From: a virus
Taxonomy: Duplodnaviria; Caudoviricetes
Strand: one strand, 5' to 3'
Length of the DNA stretch: 64,000 nucleotides
Virus record (IMG/VR): IMGVR_UViG_3300048670_001567
Location: 1 to 64,000 of that record
This document shows positions 38,802-49,327 of this stretch, in pieces. Every line of letters starts with the position of its first letter. Position 1 is the first letter of the stretch. The notes beneath the pieces are model-generated. The model saw only the letters and a program-made list of their open reading frames with translations. It was not told the origin of the DNA and searched no databases. Both the position numbers and the translations under genes were made by a program.

Positions 38802-39836
38802 TTAATTATATAACCTTTTTTTCAATTCAATTTTTAGTTTACCAGTTTCTTTGGCATCCAGTATACTTTTGATCACAAACAGTCGACCATATTTGACCAC
38901 TGCCTCGTTGATGTCCTTGCAAGTTTCTTGCCACACTGGAAAACTCACCGACCAGCCATACTCAATGGCATCGTTTATCAATTTAGTTCCTGCTCGATCA
39001 CGATCAGCCACTACTATGACTTCTCTGGCCAGACCATCAATGATTTCGGCCTGCGGTTCCGAACACTCACTGCCCAAAACTGCCACACCATCAATGCTCA
39101 TGGCATCAAATGGACCTTCACAGACTATGACAAATTTAGAGTCTGGGCGCTGCTGATCGACATTGAATACGTAGCCTGTGGGAATATCACTGTAGTATTT
39201 GGGCTTGACCCCGTCAACCACGGATCTGGCAGTCCAACCAACAATTTTGTCCTGCCAGCGACAAGGTATGATCACTTTCTGATGCAGACTATGTTCAGTA
39301 TCATCGGTGATATAAAAATCATATTTTTTTGTATCTATCCAGCGACCTTGAACATACTCGACTTTGTTCTGAATCATCAGACTCTGAGGAATTTCATAGT
39401 CGGCATCAGTCAGTGCAAGAAATGTGCGCAATTGTTCAAAGCTCACCACTCCCTCAGGCAAGGTGCGTTCTGGAAAATCAATGACCTCATCAGCCGCAAT
39501 TTTAATTTCTTCAGGCGCAACAATATCTCGGATCCTGACTGCTTCAATCACCAGACGGCGTATTTCTGATTCATCTGCGCCCAGCCAGCGTAGAAGTTTA
39601 CGAAATTTAAGTGTAAGGTGCCGGCCTGGTTGATATCCAGTTTTATAACCACAGTTAAAGCAATGGTAGGAAACTCCACCATTCGCGTTGGCAGTTATAC
39701 CAGCACGACCACGAGTGTCTGGCGTTTCGCCATTATGAACACAGCAGACGCCAGAAAAACTAATCCACCCACTGGGACTGGTTTTTCGTCTGGCTGGCAG
39801 AATTGACTTTACAAAGTCCTGAATCAGCGTTATCAC
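38802..39836 (-). CDS. DNA primase (T4 gp61-like)
   Basis: Zn finger (HCFNC); TOPRIM CEGPFD, DRD, KDIN. Confidence 0.88.
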   Translation of the reverse strand: MITLIQDFVKSILPARRKTSPSGWISFSGVCCVHNGETPDTRGRAGITANANGGVSYHCFNCGYKTGYQPGRHLTLKFRKLLRWLGADESEIRRLVIEAVRIRDIVAPEEIKIAADEVIDFPERTLPEGVVSFEQLRTFLALTDADYEIPQSLMIQNKVEYVQGRWIDTKKYDFYITDDTEHSLHQKVIIPCRWQDKIVGWTARSVVDGVKPKYYSDIPTGYVFNVDQQRPDSKFVIVCEGPFDAMSIDGVAVLGSECSEPQAEIIDGLAREVIVVADRDRAGTKLINDAIEYGWSVSFPVWQETCKDINEAVVKYGRLFVIKSILDAKETGKLKIELKKRLYN

Positions 39837-39847
39837 AAATCTCAGTA

Positions 39848-40285
39848 TCAGTACAAGTTTTTAATTACCTGAAGTTGCCCAGCGGCGCCCCAATTGTCAT
39901 CCACATATGCTGGCAATGTAAGGTCACCATCAGTATAACTCACTGTGTAATTATAATACTCTTGTGAGAGATTGTCTACACTTGACTTGTCCAATACCAC
40001 TGTGCCCACGGCAGTAACCACGTTACCAATTGTAACATTACCGGTCCAGACAGCAGCTTCGCCCTGGGCAGCAGTCAGTGTCAGGGCAAATGACTTGCCA
40101 GCAATGTTCGCAGCCTTCTGGTCGTTGTTACGGAACTGTAGAGTAATAACATTATCTACACCCTGATAAACCTTGATAGGTCTGCTGTACACAATACGGT
40201 TCCTTGTTTTTATCTCGGGGTCATCATCCAAAATCTGAACAATGACTTTATTGTCATATAAATAACTGGTAATTGTGGTCATCAA
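39848..40285 (-). CDS. Hypothetical beta-rich late protein
   Basis: TATAAATA upstream. Confidence 0.6.
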   Translation of the reverse strand: MMTTITSYLYDNKVIVQILDDDPEIKTRNRIVYSRPIKVYQGVDNVITLQFRNNDQKAANIAGKSFALTLTAAQGEAAVWTGNVTIGNVVTAVGTVVLDKSSVDNLSQEYYNYTVSYTDGDLTLPAYVDDNWGAAGQLQVIKNLY

Positions 40286-40321
40286 TCATGCCCTGTAGGA
40301 CTATTTATACCGACACCATCA

Positions 40322-40696
40322 ATGGACGAATCTTATAAGAACTTACTGGACCAATACCCGTTCATCAGTTATCTGACCTATGGTGGCAATGAATATCTGG
40401 GCATTATTCAGAATTCAGATGAGATCATAACTACAATCTACGACTACGGACTACTAAAAACTCTGGAGCAAAAATCCCGGTTCCTGGAATTGGCTGATCA
40501 GTGGTGGTGGGAAAGCAATCGACTGGTGCCCATCAATGTATTTCTAAAACACGACTGGGCCGAATTCAAAATTTGCATCAAGACATTCAACAGCAAAGAT
40601 GTCGTCATACAACACGGTCCACAAATCAGTCTTAAAGAAATTGCTCAAAAACGCAGCAAACGCAGATCCATCACACTTGTTCGCAAAGTAAGTTAA
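40322..40696 (+). CDS. Hypothetical protein
   Basis: WWWESNRLVPINVFL. Confidence 0.65.
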   Translation: MDESYKNLLDQYPFISYLTYGGNEYLGIIQNSDEIITTIYDYGLLKTLEQKSRFLELADQWWWESNRLVPINVFLKHDWAEFKICIKTFNSKDVVIQHGPQISLKEIAQKRSKRRSITLVRKVS

Positions 40697-41246
40697 GATT
40701 TACCACCACCAGTTGTGCGTAACTCACACTATGCGACCTCTTGAAATAATACCCGTCATCCGCAGGTTTGTCCCAGATGGTTTTGGCAACTTCTGACCAG
40801 GGACGACCAATCAGGTGCCGTTTGGCTGGGCGTATCACAGCCAAAAACATAGCCAGTCTGGGTATACTGTCCACAGGCTCGGGCATCTTGAGCAGTGTTT
40901 CATAATGATTGTTGATGTGCACCAGTTGTTGACATATTTCAGGATCGTAGAGTCGGGCCCAGTCGGGTTCCCGCATCAGCTCAATCAGATGTTCTTCGCT
41001 TCGCACTTGCCGATAGACGTGAACATTCAACAAGTCCAATTTGATGTATCCACGCTGCTCGGCTATCTGATAATCCAGACTCGCACACCCTGAAAAGGGG
41101 TCCACAGGTATCTGTGTGGCATACACTCCGGTATTGTGTTTGACAAGTTTACCATCGCGCAATTGACTGGCAGGGATCACATCCAAAACATCTATCAACT
41201 GTTGTCTGTCAGCCAGATCTATATCAATGTCCGAATTAAATTTCAT
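40671..41246 (-). CDS. Miniature DnaE (Pol III alpha) catalytic-core-like protein
   Basis: DIDID, KHNTGV, KLDLL, AVIRP, YYFKRSHSVSYA. Confidence 0.7.
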   Translation of the reverse strand: MKFNSDIDIDLADRQQLIDVLDVIPASQLRDGKLVKHNTGVYATQIPVDPFSGCASLDYQIAEQRGYIKLDLLNVHVYRQVRSEEHLIELMREPDWARLYDPEICQQLVHINNHYETLLKMPEPVDSIPRLAMFLAVIRPAKRHLIGRPWSEVAKTIWDKPADDGYYFKRSHSVSYAQLVVVNLNLLCEQV

Positions 41247-42699
41247 TTCTATGACAATCCAAGTCCGGTATATAATCCATTAGTCGCAATCCTCTGGAAT
41301 TATCTAGCAAATCATTAAACTCAAAAAACTTTTTCAAAGTATTTGCATTAATTTGATTGGTATTAAATGTTTTAATCAAACCATCAACAAATGTTTCTAA
41401 TAGTTTGGTATTTTTGTAACATTTTAAATCCTGAATTTTAATTAATTCCCCCAAAATCAATTCACTGTCAGGAAAATTAAATGGGGAGAATATGTCATCT
41501 GACGATTCCGCTAATTGACAATGTATTAATCCTGAAGGATAATTATGTTCTAAAAATGACAGTATTTTATATAATGAAGAAATATTATAAATTGACACAG
41601 TTATATTAAACGATAAACTATGTCCGGATTCAACAATCCAATTAATATTATCGCAAATGTTTTTCCAATTTGATGGCCACCTTACATAATAATTTAGTTC
41701 ATCAACTCCATCAACACTTACAATAAAGCATACATTTGAAAATTTGCTAATTTGATCTTTAAATTTCTTAGAAAACTTGTGAGCATTGGTGTTAATCATC
41801 AGTTCAAAATCGGTATTTTCTTGCCCAATACAATGATCTAGAAACCGATAAAACTCAGCCATCGCAGTTGGTTCACCGCCAGCCACATACATTTTAAATA
41901 AATTATCAAAATCCACAAAATCAAAGTCAGTGTAGGTAGGTGTTGGAATTTCTGTTGGTATTAATTTCAGTAATTTATACTCTTGTTCAATCTGGTTGCT
42001 GGACGTTGGTCCACAGGTTCTGCACAGCAAATTGCATACGTTACTAGCACGAACTTCGTAGTAGGCAGGTTTGGTAATTTTAAGCAGATCGTCAATGGAT
42101 TTTAAATTGAGTCTGTTGGCCCATTCAACAGTTTCTTGTTGTCTGGCACTTCGCATCCCCAGTTCCTCAATTCGATAGCAGGCAGAACAATGCTCAGGCA
42201 ACCGGCTGCCTTCAATCATATGTTGTCTGATGTGTTGATATTCGGGATTGTTATGAAAATCCAACCCCCGCAAAGGTGCTACTGGAGTTGCAGAACGGCA
42301 GCAAACAGTGGTATTCCCGTTGTTGACTAGCAATTCAATAAAAGGAAAAATACAAAAACTTGTATTTTGATCCACTAGATTTTCAAAAAAACTAACATCG
42401 GTCATATAGGACTTGTCTAAAAATTCAGCATTTACCTCTTGCCCAACACTGACAGTTACATAAAATGCGTCTGGGTGGTTGTATTGTTCTTTTGGTTGAT
42501 CTAATACAATAATCTTATCAAACTTTTCTGAAATATCAATAAGTTCTGCTCGAGACAAATCAAATAGACTAGTTTGATAAAACCCATCACAAATTTCCTG
42601 ATCAACACTACTTAGAAGTCCCCGATATTGTGTCCCAGATAACTGCTGCGTTTTAATTTCAGTGTCTATGGTATTATTTCCAATACACAAAACTTTCAT
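41236..42699 (-). CDS. Radical SAM protein with extra Cys-rich region
   Basis: CNLLCRTC, GGEP, NTN, VSVDG. Confidence 0.85.
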   Translation of the reverse strand: MKVLCIGNNTIDTEIKTQQLSGTQYRGLLSSVDQEICDGFYQTSLFDLSRAELIDISEKFDKIIVLDQPKEQYNHPDAFYVTVSVGQEVNAEFLDKSYMTDVSFFENLVDQNTSFCIFPFIELLVNNGNTTVCCRSATPVAPLRGLDFHNNPEYQHIRQHMIEGSRLPEHCSACYRIEELGMRSARQQETVEWANRLNLKSIDDLLKITKPAYYEVRASNVCNLLCRTCGPTSSNQIEQEYKLLKLIPTEIPTPTYTDFDFVDFDNLFKMYVAGGEPTAMAEFYRFLDHCIGQENTDFELMINTNAHKFSKKFKDQISKFSNVCFIVSVDGVDELNYYVRWPSNWKNICDNINWIVESGHSLSFNITVSIYNISSLYKILSFLEHNYPSGLIHCQLAESSDDIFSPFNFPDSELILGELIKIQDLKCYKNTKLLETFVDGLIKTFNTNQINANTLKKFFEFNDLLDNSRGLRLMDYIPDLDCHRNEI

Positions 42700-43388
42700 A
42701 AACCTGCCTCTCTCAATATCAATTTGACCCATTCAGTGTCTGCCACATAATCTTTGAACTTACGCTGCCAGAAGTCGGGATCTATCCAGGGCAGAATAAT
42801 GGAGATATTTTCCTCGTTGAGTGTTTCCAGAAACTCCACGCCACTGGCACAATTATAAACAATCCAGGGACTGACACGACCATTGCTGATATGATGGCAA
42901 ATACGATTGGCATTGCCATATCTGAAATAATCGTTGAAATTTGCTAGTGTTTGCACTTCATCTGCATAACTTTGCATCTCCATGAGTGCACGTTCTACTG
43001 CATCCTGAACTGCTTCGCGACGCATATATTGGTGCAGGTATTCCACATAGATGCTTTCTTTACACCAGTGATCTAGCTTTTTGTTTTCCCGAATAACCCA
43101 GTCTATAAATGCGCCAGAATTAACTGCTCGGATAGCAACCAGGTGGCGTCCAAATTTTACAAATGCCGTGTAGTAGGAACTGGCTACAAAATCCTCATAG
43201 CTCTTGAGTTTGGCAGATCCTTGTGTGACTTCGTAAAATCGCAGGTAGGCCCTGAAGCCCAGTTGAACTCCCACCTCTTTTTCCTGCTGCCATCTGCGTT
43301 TGGTTTCGCAAATGTGTGCGGCCAGAGTGCTTTCTCGTCGGAATTCTTTGTGACAATAGATACATTTATATGCTTTTATTTCGCTCAT
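42696..43388 (-). CDS. Hypothetical zinc-finger protein
   Basis: CIYC...HIC. Confidence 0.65.
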   Translation of the reverse strand: MSEIKAYKCIYCHKEFRRESTLAAHICETKRRWQQEKEVGVQLGFRAYLRFYEVTQGSAKLKSYEDFVASSYYTAFVKFGRHLVAIRAVNSGAFIDWVIRENKKLDHWCKESIYVEYLHQYMRREAVQDAVERALMEMQSYADEVQTLANFNDYFRYGNANRICHHISNGRVSPWIVYNCASGVEFLETLNEENISIILPWIDPDFWQRKFKDYVADTEWVKLILREAGL

Positions 43389-44212
43389 AAATTATAAGCT
43401 TCAATGATTTCTCTGGTGTTAGTCCAATAATCATTTTTAAGTTTCACATTTACATCGTACGTTGAAACTAACCAATTGTCAATCCATGCTTGTTTTATAA
43501 AATTTTCTGAATTAAATTCGTAATTTTGTTTACTAACAATCGATTGAGTGATTAAATCAATATCTTTATCAATATTCCTATATCGATTGTTTTTTTTGAA
43601 TGCGGAAAGATACTCAGTTATATTTGCAACAGGGAATATTGGTAAATTAAATTTATGCAATATCAATTTACACTGCTCTAACAATAGTTCATCATTATAA
43701 AAACATTCAAAATTCAAAAAATAATCGGCTGAAGGATATTTTGTTGGATTGGTGAATTTTTTTATAGTTGCACCATTGTTACCAAAAAAACACAACCTGG
43801 CCCATTCCCTTAGGTATTTAATTTCAACATCACCAGAACTAATTCCAGACACAGTTTTTAGAGATGGCAAAAAATGGGAAAATATTCTGTGATGTTTAAT
43901 TTTATCAAAAGTGTCTTGATGTAATTCTTCTAAAATAATGTTTATGCCTGATGTTCGATTAAAACACACTGCAATATATTTCATGTAGGAACAAGGAGTT
44001 ATTCTGATATTAATAATCTCATCACACGACGAGGACAAATAATCCATTCGATGCGTTGCTTCAAAAATCTTTGGCGGCTGGTAGGCAACTCCATCATAGA
44101 CATGGCAATTGTCAGTAATTGGATTGGACTCAAGCTGCAGACCACTGAATAAGTTCAATAGCATTTCTAAAAACTTGCCATGACTGCCACTAGAGTATAA
44201 AATCCCAATCAT
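43385..44212 (-). CDS. AT-rich accessory protein (possible sulfotransferase-like P-loop)
   Basis: YSSGSHGKFL N-terminus; weak. Confidence 0.35.
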   Translation of the reverse strand: MIGILYSSGSHGKFLEMLLNLFSGLQLESNPITDNCHVYDGVAYQPPKIFEATHRMDYLSSSCDEIINIRITPCSYMKYIAVCFNRTSGINIILEELHQDTFDKIKHHRIFSHFLPSLKTVSGISSGDVEIKYLREWARLCFFGNNGATIKKFTNPTKYPSADYFLNFECFYNDELLLEQCKLILHKFNLPIFPVANITEYLSAFKKNNRYRNIDKDIDLITQSIVSKQNYEFNSENFIKQAWIDNWLVSTYDVNVKLKNDYWTNTREIIEAYNL

Positions 44213-44679
44213 TATAATTCTAATTTGATTTGCTTGTCGTCGAGTCCAAGGTTTCGTGCCAGGCTGTCAATATCTCGTTTATCATTAATTTTTGCCAGCA
44301 ATTCTATTTCATCAGATTTCATGTTGGGATAGAATTTAGCCAAGAACTTACTGGCTTTGTTGTTGCCTTCTTTCTTTTTGGTGCCCAACCAATAGTGCCG
44401 TTGACGACCCATGCCAGGGCCAACACTGGTACATAGCAACCACTGTAATTTGGGATGACGGCCAATGTCAAAGAAGTTAATGTTGACTCGTTCATTGGTT
44501 GCTCGCAAATACCATTCCTGTAAATCTGCACTGCCTTCCACACTGGCACCATAACGCAGCATCAGGTAAGTGGAAAACTTTTTGCGTTCTTCATCAGTAA
44601 ACTTGTCATAATAAGCACGATCTTTGCGATCGAACGCCGCCATTTCGTTGCCAATGTACAGAGGATCTGTGTTGCTCAT
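44212..44679 (-). CDS. Hypothetical protein, possibly clamp-loader small-subunit-like
   Basis: Replication context; weak resemblance only. Confidence 0.35.
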   Translation of the reverse strand: MSNTDPLYIGNEMAAFDRKDRAYYDKFTDEERKKFSTYLMLRYGASVEGSADLQEWYLRATNERVNINFFDIGRHPKLQWLLCTSVGPGMGRQRHYWLGTKKKEGNNKASKFLAKFYPNMKSDEIELLAKINDKRDIDSLARNLGLDDKQIKLEL

Positions 44680-44927
44680 GATCTGCGCCTTATAAATTCT
44701 AACAGCATGGCGATACTGCTTTGCATGTCTCGGACCTGACTCTGCAGACGATGAATCTCTGTATCTTGTTTCCTGACTTGTAATTCCAGATCCATCATGC
44801 TGGCAGTGGTTTCTTTGATCTTCTTTTCATGACTAAACAGGTTGGGACGAGGGATATCGGGATTTGCCGCTCGCTTTTTCTTCCGGTTAAACTGTGCTGG
44901 ATTAAAGGCCATCTGTGTGGGTCTCAC
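44676..44927 (-). CDS. Hypothetical coiled-coil protein
   Basis: Coupled ORF. Confidence 0.6.
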   Translation of the reverse strand: MRPTQMAFNPAQFNRKKKRAANPDIPRPNLFSHEKKIKETTASMMDLELQVRKQDTEIHRLQSQVRDMQSSIAMLLEFIRRRS

Positions 44928-45171
44928 TTAACTTATATATCATGATACACTGATCCAGGGCAGCTTGTAAAGTTGGGTTGGTCTGGGCAGCCAGCCTTAT
45001 GTCATGCCAGAGTTGATTTTGTCGCAACTGATCCACCCGGTTTCGGGCATCATCACTGACACTGTACAGAGTACGCTGGGCACCACCAGCTTGACGAGCG
45101 TAGACGGTCTCGCCACCATCTGGCGATTCATATACTATATATTCACTGATGTGTTGTACCGGTCCTACCAT
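44902..45171 (-). CDS. Hypothetical protein
   Basis: YESPDGGETVYAR motif. Confidence 0.65.
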   Translation of the reverse strand: MVGPVQHISEYIVYESPDGGETVYARQAGGAQRTLYSVSDDARNRVDQLRQNQLWHDIRLAAQTNPTLQAALDQCIMIYKLSETHTDGL

Positions 45172-45665
45172 ATCTTACCATAATTCACAATTTCGCTCTG
45201 TCTGCTAATGTCTTTGACGAAGTATGCACACAAGGGACTGGGACCATTATTCAAGGGCACAGCCAGCATCTGACCAGGTTTGAGTTTGGGAAAATACCAT
45301 CGGACATCCTGATAGATGTCAACGATTTCCACTGGATGAAACTCGGGTTTAAAACTATTCAGAGGGTTGAATGTGAATGCACTGAAACCACGATCATTGA
45401 TGGATGTCAGTGGTATTACCTCCAGATCACCAAACTCTTGTTCACCAATCAGCAACTGCCAGTCCACTGGCATCCGGATGATATTGCCACCAATGTTCAG
45501 CACCAGTGCCGGACCATTGAAACTTTCCAGGAATATCAGAGGGATAAAAAAATAGTCGGGATTTTTTGGGTCACTGTTGTCTAAAATAGCAAACCGCAGG
45601 TCATCCACCTCGTCTGGTATTTCATTCATTTCAAATGCCTGATTTTCTAAAGTCAATATCATCAT
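45165..45665 (-). CDS. Hypothetical protein
   Basis: Coupled to the helicase gene. Confidence 0.65.
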   Translation of the reverse strand: MMILTLENQAFEMNEIPDEVDDLRFAILDNSDPKNPDYFFIPLIFLESFNGPALVLNIGGNIIRMPVDWQLLIGEQEFGDLEVIPLTSINDRGFSAFTFNPLNSFKPEFHPVEIVDIYQDVRWYFPKLKPGQMLAVPLNNGPSPLCAYFVKDISRQSEIVNYGKIW

Positions 45666-45668
45666 TGG

Positions 45669-47126
45669 TTATTGCCACTCCACTCGTTCTTGGGCATAAG
45701 GATAATTAGCATCCTTATAGAACTGTTTACGTTTGGTTAAATGCCGTTTGGCAAACTTACAGGTACTGGTCACATCCCAGATCTGGACAAAGTCCTTGTC
45801 TTCCGCCTTGCGAATGCCGCGACCGATGCTCTGGATGACCCTGACAAAGCTCTTGCCAGGCTCCACAAGTACAAGGTTGAATATGCGAGGAATATTAATG
45901 CCAACAGCAGCCACACCATAAGTGGCCACAATAACTTTGTCATCACTGACTGCGACTTCTTCATACTGCTCTTTTCTGTCATCCGACTTTGTGCTGCCCG
46001 AAACAAATACTGCATCCTTTATCTTCTCCACCAACAGTTGCCCTGGTGCAATTCTGTCCACCAGGACCAGGGTATTGCCTGTCTTGCGCAGAGACTCCAC
46101 CAGTCTGGCAATGTACTCCATTCGACCGTCGGTCTCTAACAAGTATTTAAGCTCGGACTGATAATCTCGATATTCCACATGATCCACCAGTTGCAATATG
46201 TTGACATGACAGTTGGCCAGCACGCCCTGGTCTTGCAGTTCACTGGCACTGAGTCTGCCTATGACTTCACCCAGGCTGCAACGCAGACTCATGAACTCAT
46301 ATTCTTCCTTGGGGATGGTACCAGTCAGGCCCCATCTGATGGGTATGTGTGCCATGACTCCTGTCAGCAGAGTTTTCAGTGCATCGGCTTTGGCCATGTG
46401 GCACTCGTCCACTATCACACACACCACATCCTGCAGGAACTCTGTGATGGTGATGTCCACTTCATGATTTCTGGACCCTTTGAGCAGAATGTTCAGACTC
46501 TGCCAGGTACAGATGGTGTGAGTGTGCCCAAACTCTTTGCGATCACCAAAGTAGACGCCCACATCCAGGCCCATGTTGCGATAATCTGCTTCAGTCTGAG
46601 TCACCAGGCTCTTGTTGGGCACGATAACCACTGTGCGACCATGCGGCTCACAACTGTGACTCAACACTGCTGTCATGATGGTTTTACCAGCACCAGTGGC
46701 CACTTCCTGCAGACACTGAGGATTTTCCAGAAATCTGTTGATGATTTCCACCTGATAATCTCGCAACAGTATGGGCTGGCCAGCTGCTGGATGTTTTTCT
46801 GGCCAGACTCGATCAGCATAGCTCTGCTCGGTGACCTGTGCGAATTCAAATTGTGTGGAATAGTCGCGTAGATCCTGGACTTCAATATCATATCCACGCT
46901 CTTCCAGATAGGACAAGATTTCCGGCAGCAGGTTGATATAAGTGCTGCCACCCAACTGAAAAAATCCAATCTTACCATCCCAACGCCCCAGTCTGACTGC
47001 AGGCAAGTATCTGGCACCAGGAATGTCATACTTGAACTTGTTGCTCAGAGTCTTGCGTTCAGTCAATTCAAGACCTTCGATCTTGATGTTAACTTCGTCT
47101 CGGATAATCAGTCTGGCTATGGCCAT
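45669..47126 (-). CDS. SF2 DNA helicase (UvsW-like)
   Basis: LRDYQ, ATGAGKT, DECH, TGT, QSIGRGIR. Confidence 0.92.
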   Translation of the reverse strand: MAIARLIIRDEVNIKIEGLELTERKTLSNKFKYDIPGARYLPAVRLGRWDGKIGFFQLGGSTYINLLPEILSYLEERGYDIEVQDLRDYSTQFEFAQVTEQSYADRVWPEKHPAAGQPILLRDYQVEIINRFLENPQCLQEVATGAGKTIMTAVLSHSCEPHGRTVVIVPNKSLVTQTEADYRNMGLDVGVYFGDRKEFGHTHTICTWQSLNILLKGSRNHEVDITITEFLQDVVCVIVDECHMAKADALKTLLTGVMAHIPIRWGLTGTIPKEEYEFMSLRCSLGEVIGRLSASELQDQGVLANCHVNILQLVDHVEYRDYQSELKYLLETDGRMEYIARLVESLRKTGNTLVLVDRIAPGQLLVEKIKDAVFVSGSTKSDDRKEQYEEVAVSDDKVIVATYGVAAVGINIPRIFNLVLVEPGKSFVRVIQSIGRGIRKAEDKDFVQIWDVTSTCKFAKRHLTKRKQFYKDANYPYAQERVEWQ

Positions 47127-48253
47127 TAATGTGTCGCTCTCAATTTACCATCACTAAAGTAGACAATTTTTTCTGCCCGACTAATCCAATTCAATTTGCG
47201 GCCGCCATACATCATCTCCACGGTGCTGGCCAGCAAGGGGATAGGATGCTGCCAATTGTCAGGAATTTTTCTAGCATAGACTATTTTAACATCTCCAATG
47301 TCATAGTGCAAACGATCGGGTCGGCCATTCTGATCAAACATCAGTATTTCTTCTGAAGAAAACCCGCTGAGGTCCAAATCAAACAATTTGGGATCATAGA
47401 TGCAAATGGGGTATCGATCAGTCAGTCGGGCATATTCAAATAACCATGACATCATGTCGGATTCCGGCGATAGATATGTGATGTGTCGGGTGCCCATGTG
47501 CACCAATGCCGGACCGTAATGCTGCTGGCAGTATTCCAGAATGTCAGCCGACACTGTGTAACCCAATACCCCAGCATGGTCCACCAATTTTATTAAATCA
47601 TTGCCCAGGTGTTGATCAATATAGGCCTGCAGAGTATCAGCAGCATGGGTGACCTGATAAGTATCACCTGTTCGCACCAATTGAATGTCATAGGGTTGCT
47701 TTTCTGCCTGCAGGATCTGATCAAACAGGGTCAGAACCTCTGGACCGACATCAAATCCCCGGGGTAGGGCCCAGACCACCAACCAATTGATATTCCACTC
47801 AGTGACAGCACAGTGCCAGACTTTTAAATCGTGGTGCCATTCCATTCGGCCCTGACTTGTTTCTTTGAACTTGCGTAGATCTGTGACCATCTGCACATCG
47901 TAGGGAAACCTGATTTTAACAATGCCGTCTTCCAGATAGATCATTTTAGTTCGGTCAATGGTTCTGACCGGCAGTCTAAAACTGGGTGTTTCAACCGGAG
48001 CAACATCTATATTAAATTTGGCAAACTGCCGACGATATTTGAGTATGAGCTTGACCGCCAGATCAGCCTGACGGTCTGTCAGTGGTATGCCACTCAAGAC
48101 CTGCCAGCTCATGTTGTTGACAATCTGTACATCATACCTGGCCAATTTGATAGTCACACGATTGGCGGTTGGTGTAATTGCCGTGGCCAGCCAGGTCCAA
48201 TCGTCATCGGACAGCAATCCCAGATAATCTTCAACGTAGGGAAATGTCTGCAT
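47126..48253 (-). CDS. Hypothetical protein
   Basis: 375-aa ORF; TTGCAC-N17-TATAAT promoter at 48260-48288. Confidence 0.7.
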   Translation of the reverse strand: MQTFPYVEDYLGLLSDDDWTWLATAITPTANRVTIKLARYDVQIVNNMSWQVLSGIPLTDRQADLAVKLILKYRRQFAKFNIDVAPVETPSFRLPVRTIDRTKMIYLEDGIVKIRFPYDVQMVTDLRKFKETSQGRMEWHHDLKVWHCAVTEWNINWLVVWALPRGFDVGPEVLTLFDQILQAEKQPYDIQLVRTGDTYQVTHAADTLQAYIDQHLGNDLIKLVDHAGVLGYTVSADILEYCQQHYGPALVHMGTRHITYLSPESDMMSWLFEYARLTDRYPICIYDPKLFDLDLSGFSSEEILMFDQNGRPDRLHYDIGDVKIVYARKIPDNWQHPIPLLASTVEMMYGGRKLNWISRAEKIVYFSDGKLRATH

Positions 48254-48718
48254 TCAAATATTATACAGCGAGGAAAATATTTGTGCAATATCTTCTAACA
48301 AATAAAAAGTCACTGAAGTCAATCCGCACCAAATCGCAATGCATTGACAGAAAATAGATAATAAAAATCTTAGCCGGCACTTCATTCAATCAAAGTGTAT
48401 TTAAAAAGTATAAGAACACAACCAATAACATACCCAGGCAAACAAATTTAACATGATTGACCACCAGCAGCATAGGTTAGTTTTACTACAAGTGGACTGA
48501 GTGGGGATTGATATTTGAAAGGAAAAAAATTGTGTGAAGGTGTAATTTCTCATTTTTCAATGTCAAAAATGTATGAAAAATACAATATGATAAGTAGTAT
48601 CTGGAAAATTATAAAAGCTCTTGGGATCGTCCTAGGACTAAATAAATAGGTCTAGTGCTTGATCCATTTTTGTGCCATGCTTGTATCTAGAGGCTTAACT
48701 TGTAAGTCATAATCTGTT

Positions 48719-49327
48719 TTGCCGTTTGTGAGAGTGATAAATATTTTAGACATGAACCCTATCTCTGTAAAAATCGAAGTTGAGGGAACTTGGTGCAATC
48801 AATGGCCTTGCCTTCGAATTGAAGGCAACAATTCCATTTATTTTGATGGAGAGATCGTTGGCAATAAAATCATTAATTTTGTTATACCTGCTAACGATTA
48901 CAATCAGTTAACGCTGTGTCATTATGGCAAGAGATTCGGAGAAAATAATATTTGGGATACTCGAATCAATGAACACAATGTTATCATTGAAGATAGAGCT
49001 ATTAAATTAGTGGGATTGGAATTTGATCAGGTCAACATCATTGAATATCTGTTAACACATTGTTACTTTGTAACTGAATCTGGTGACATTGTCAAAACAC
49101 ATTACTTTGGATTTAACGGATCGCTAATAATTAATTTTACTGCCCCAGTCTATGAGTGGATCATAACACAACTAGTAAGACCTAGAGTAAATAAAACACA
49201 AGATTTTATATTGGAAACCAGTCACAGCGACTTGTTTGACTACAGAAATGATCTTAGAGAATTAAAAGAGATCGAACACCTACTGGAAAAACATGCACAT
49301 TTGTTTAATAAATCTTCCCAGATATGA
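48719..49327 (+). CDS. Hypothetical AT-rich protein
   Basis: Coupled to the radical SAM gene. Confidence 0.6.
   Translation: MPFVRVINILDMNPISVKIEVEGTWCNQWPCLRIEGNNSIYFDGEIVGNKIINFVIPANDYNQLTLCHYGKRFGENNIWDTRINEHNVIIEDRAIKLVGLEFDQVNIIEYLLTHCYFVTESGDIVKTHYFGFNGSLIINFTAPVYEWIITQLVRPRVNKTQDFILETSHSDLFDYRNDLRELKEIEHLLEKHAHLFNKSSQI

Noticed and set aside
41236-42699. Radical SAM protein as PqqE partner of pqqA
   Set aside because: About 37 kb away, different architecture, no PqqD; resembles generic phage radical SAMs
48290-48718. Long AT-rich intergenic region as ncRNA, tRNA or origin
   Set aside because: No cloverleaf, iterons or convincing ORF seen; no tRNA recognised anywhere in the window
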